From NCBI GenBank assembly GCA_964016885.1, contig OZ024743.1:153264001-153328000 (forward strand): a stretch of DNA of 64,000 nt, written 5' to 3'. The position numbers and the translations under genes are program-made. Positions 62,149 to 64,000 of this stretch are shown here, one piece after another. Each line of letters begins with the position of its first letter. Positions within the stretch are counted from its first letter, which is position 1. Below the pieces are notes generated by a model. That model made no database searches and was not told the DNA's origin. It was given only the letters and a program-made list of their open reading frames with translations. Source of the stretch: Eledone cirrhosa (Eukaryota).

Positions 62149-64000
62149 ATAAATATATATGTACAAAATGATAAAAATAACTTTTCTGATGAGCAGTAAA
62201 GAGTGAAATGATAATAGGCATTATGAATTTCCAAATATATTAACACTGCTTAGATTTTTTTATGAGCAAGATATGGGTAAGCAAGCAAGCTAGTCTCAGA
62301 CCATGACAATCAGCCAAACCCTTGAAAGCATGGAAAGTGGACATAAAATGATGATAATGATTATAATGATATGTTGGTATAATCAATGCATGAACTAACA
62401 CATCATTATAATTGGTTTCATGGTAGGGTTAAAAAAGACAAGCAATTATTGGATGATATAGAAAGAAGGGTGCATAAACTCATATACATATCTTTGAGGA
62501 AGATTATCGGTATTATATGCTGAATCTATGAATAACAATGTGTCAGTTCAATCATTGACTATACCAACTGTGTGTGTGTTAGTGTGTCCATGTATTTTTT
62601 ATGTGCTTGACATAACAATGATTGTAAAAACTGTTGTCATCTCAAAAGACGTAACTTATCGATATAAAAAGATGATGATGAAATATGTATGAAACTAAAC
62701 TATGCTCTAGCATTGTTCTGATCGACTCAAACCCTTGAAGAAATTGCTCCAGCATGGCTGGTTCTTTTTTAATAAATGGAACCAGCAACAAATTGTCTTA
62801 TTCGTGTGTGTTTATACAAATACAGTTAATATGTTTGTCTTTTTTTCTTTCTGTGTAATCTAGTATCTGTGTTTGTTCAACTTTATATAAATGTTCACTT
62901 ATGTGAAAATCTTAATGCATGGACGAAGGTGTTAGGAAATGATAGCATTACATTGATGTGAAATTAGCAACGTTTAAAGACAATAAGATTCTTTTGGGCT
63001 GTTAATTCTCTTTAAATTAGCACCTAATTTCATTTCTTGTTCACTACTCTTATTGCAGTGGACTGGTCATTAATACACATGGTTGCACAGAAACTAATTT
63101 CTAAAAGACTGGATGAAATTCCATACCAATTTAAAATCCATCTTATCAATACCAAAACAGATTGAATTCTTCATCATCATCAGCAGCATTACGAGTGTCA
63201 ACATCATCATCAACACTTTCACCATCAGCACAACCAGCTACCAAATCCATTACTACTGCTACAAATACCACTACTATGATTACTATCATTACACTCACTA
63301 CCATCTCCACTGTGTTATTGTCATTAACATTGCCAAATCAATGACATTCCAGCTATTGCAAATTCTATGTACACTCTATTCAGTGTCTTACCAGACAGTA
63401 CTTAATCAATGTCCGTCTAGATACTGCCAAACCAATACCACACTAGATATCACCAAGAAACAGAAAATGTATTCTTGTTAATAGGAGTAGGTACCTTGAT
63501 GGAAAGATTTAAATGTTTGCAATCATTCATTTAGGTATTTTCATTAATCATGATTCAGCCAACAGAAGTGGCACGGATCGTTTGGTATATTAATGGTCTG
63601 GGAGTTAGTTGTGCTTGGAGTATTGACAGAGAGAAACAATTGAGTGGTCATATGGACAATGGGGGATGGTGTTTGATTAATTATAATTTAAGCAACATCT
63701 CTTGTGTATGTCACTTGCCTGACTTCTAAGAGATATTGTGTGAAGTTGTTTTTGTTTAAGTTCAGGCCAACTTGAGTTAAGCAGGCCTATGATAAACACC
63801 ATTCCAACTGTGACCAGTTCATCTATTTTTGAGATAGATCTAGAACTATATTATCCATTATCTCCTTTTTCTTTAAGACTGCAGGTCAGTGGTTCCCAAA
63901 TTGTTTTATTCATGGTGAACTTTAAAGCAAATACAAATATTTTGGCTTACATTGCACATAAATGGCATTAATCTATTTAATCTATAAATATGAACAAGTT

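Noticed and set aside
63113-63481. 122-aa ORF
   Set aside because: It derives from degenerate (CAT/CAC/TAC)n low-complexity sequence.

Overview
AT-rich eukaryotic DNA made almost entirely of transposable elements and microsatellites. It is probably a cephalopod/octopus intron or intergenic region (inference from the SINE and LINE types). No intact host gene is evident. It contains several Penelope-like elements (PLEs; two Hydra-clade-like, several Neptune-like), a decayed Helitron, a near full-length Tx1/L1-type LINE plus two partial copies, R4/Dong-type REL-endonuclease LINEs, RTE-type fragments, tRNA-derived Nin-domain SINEs, MITEs and a mariner fragment. The most notable signal is a set of hammerhead ribozyme (HHR) motifs in PLE pseudo-LTRs and in non-coding, (TA)n-flanked tandem repeats that resemble retrozymes. 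One is an HHR whose helix II carries a branched insertion (about 94 nt between the two core halves) and a possible pseudoknot (1517-1637, 2243-2363). Others are a U3-A8 core variant (25124-25162, 27553-27591) and more speculative variants in 522-bp and 614-bp tandem units. A second signal is repeated insertion of the Tx1 family into (ATT)n tracts, twice in the tails of Dong-like LINEs. All RNA structures were read by eye and are untested; family and clade names rest on motif recognition, not database searches.
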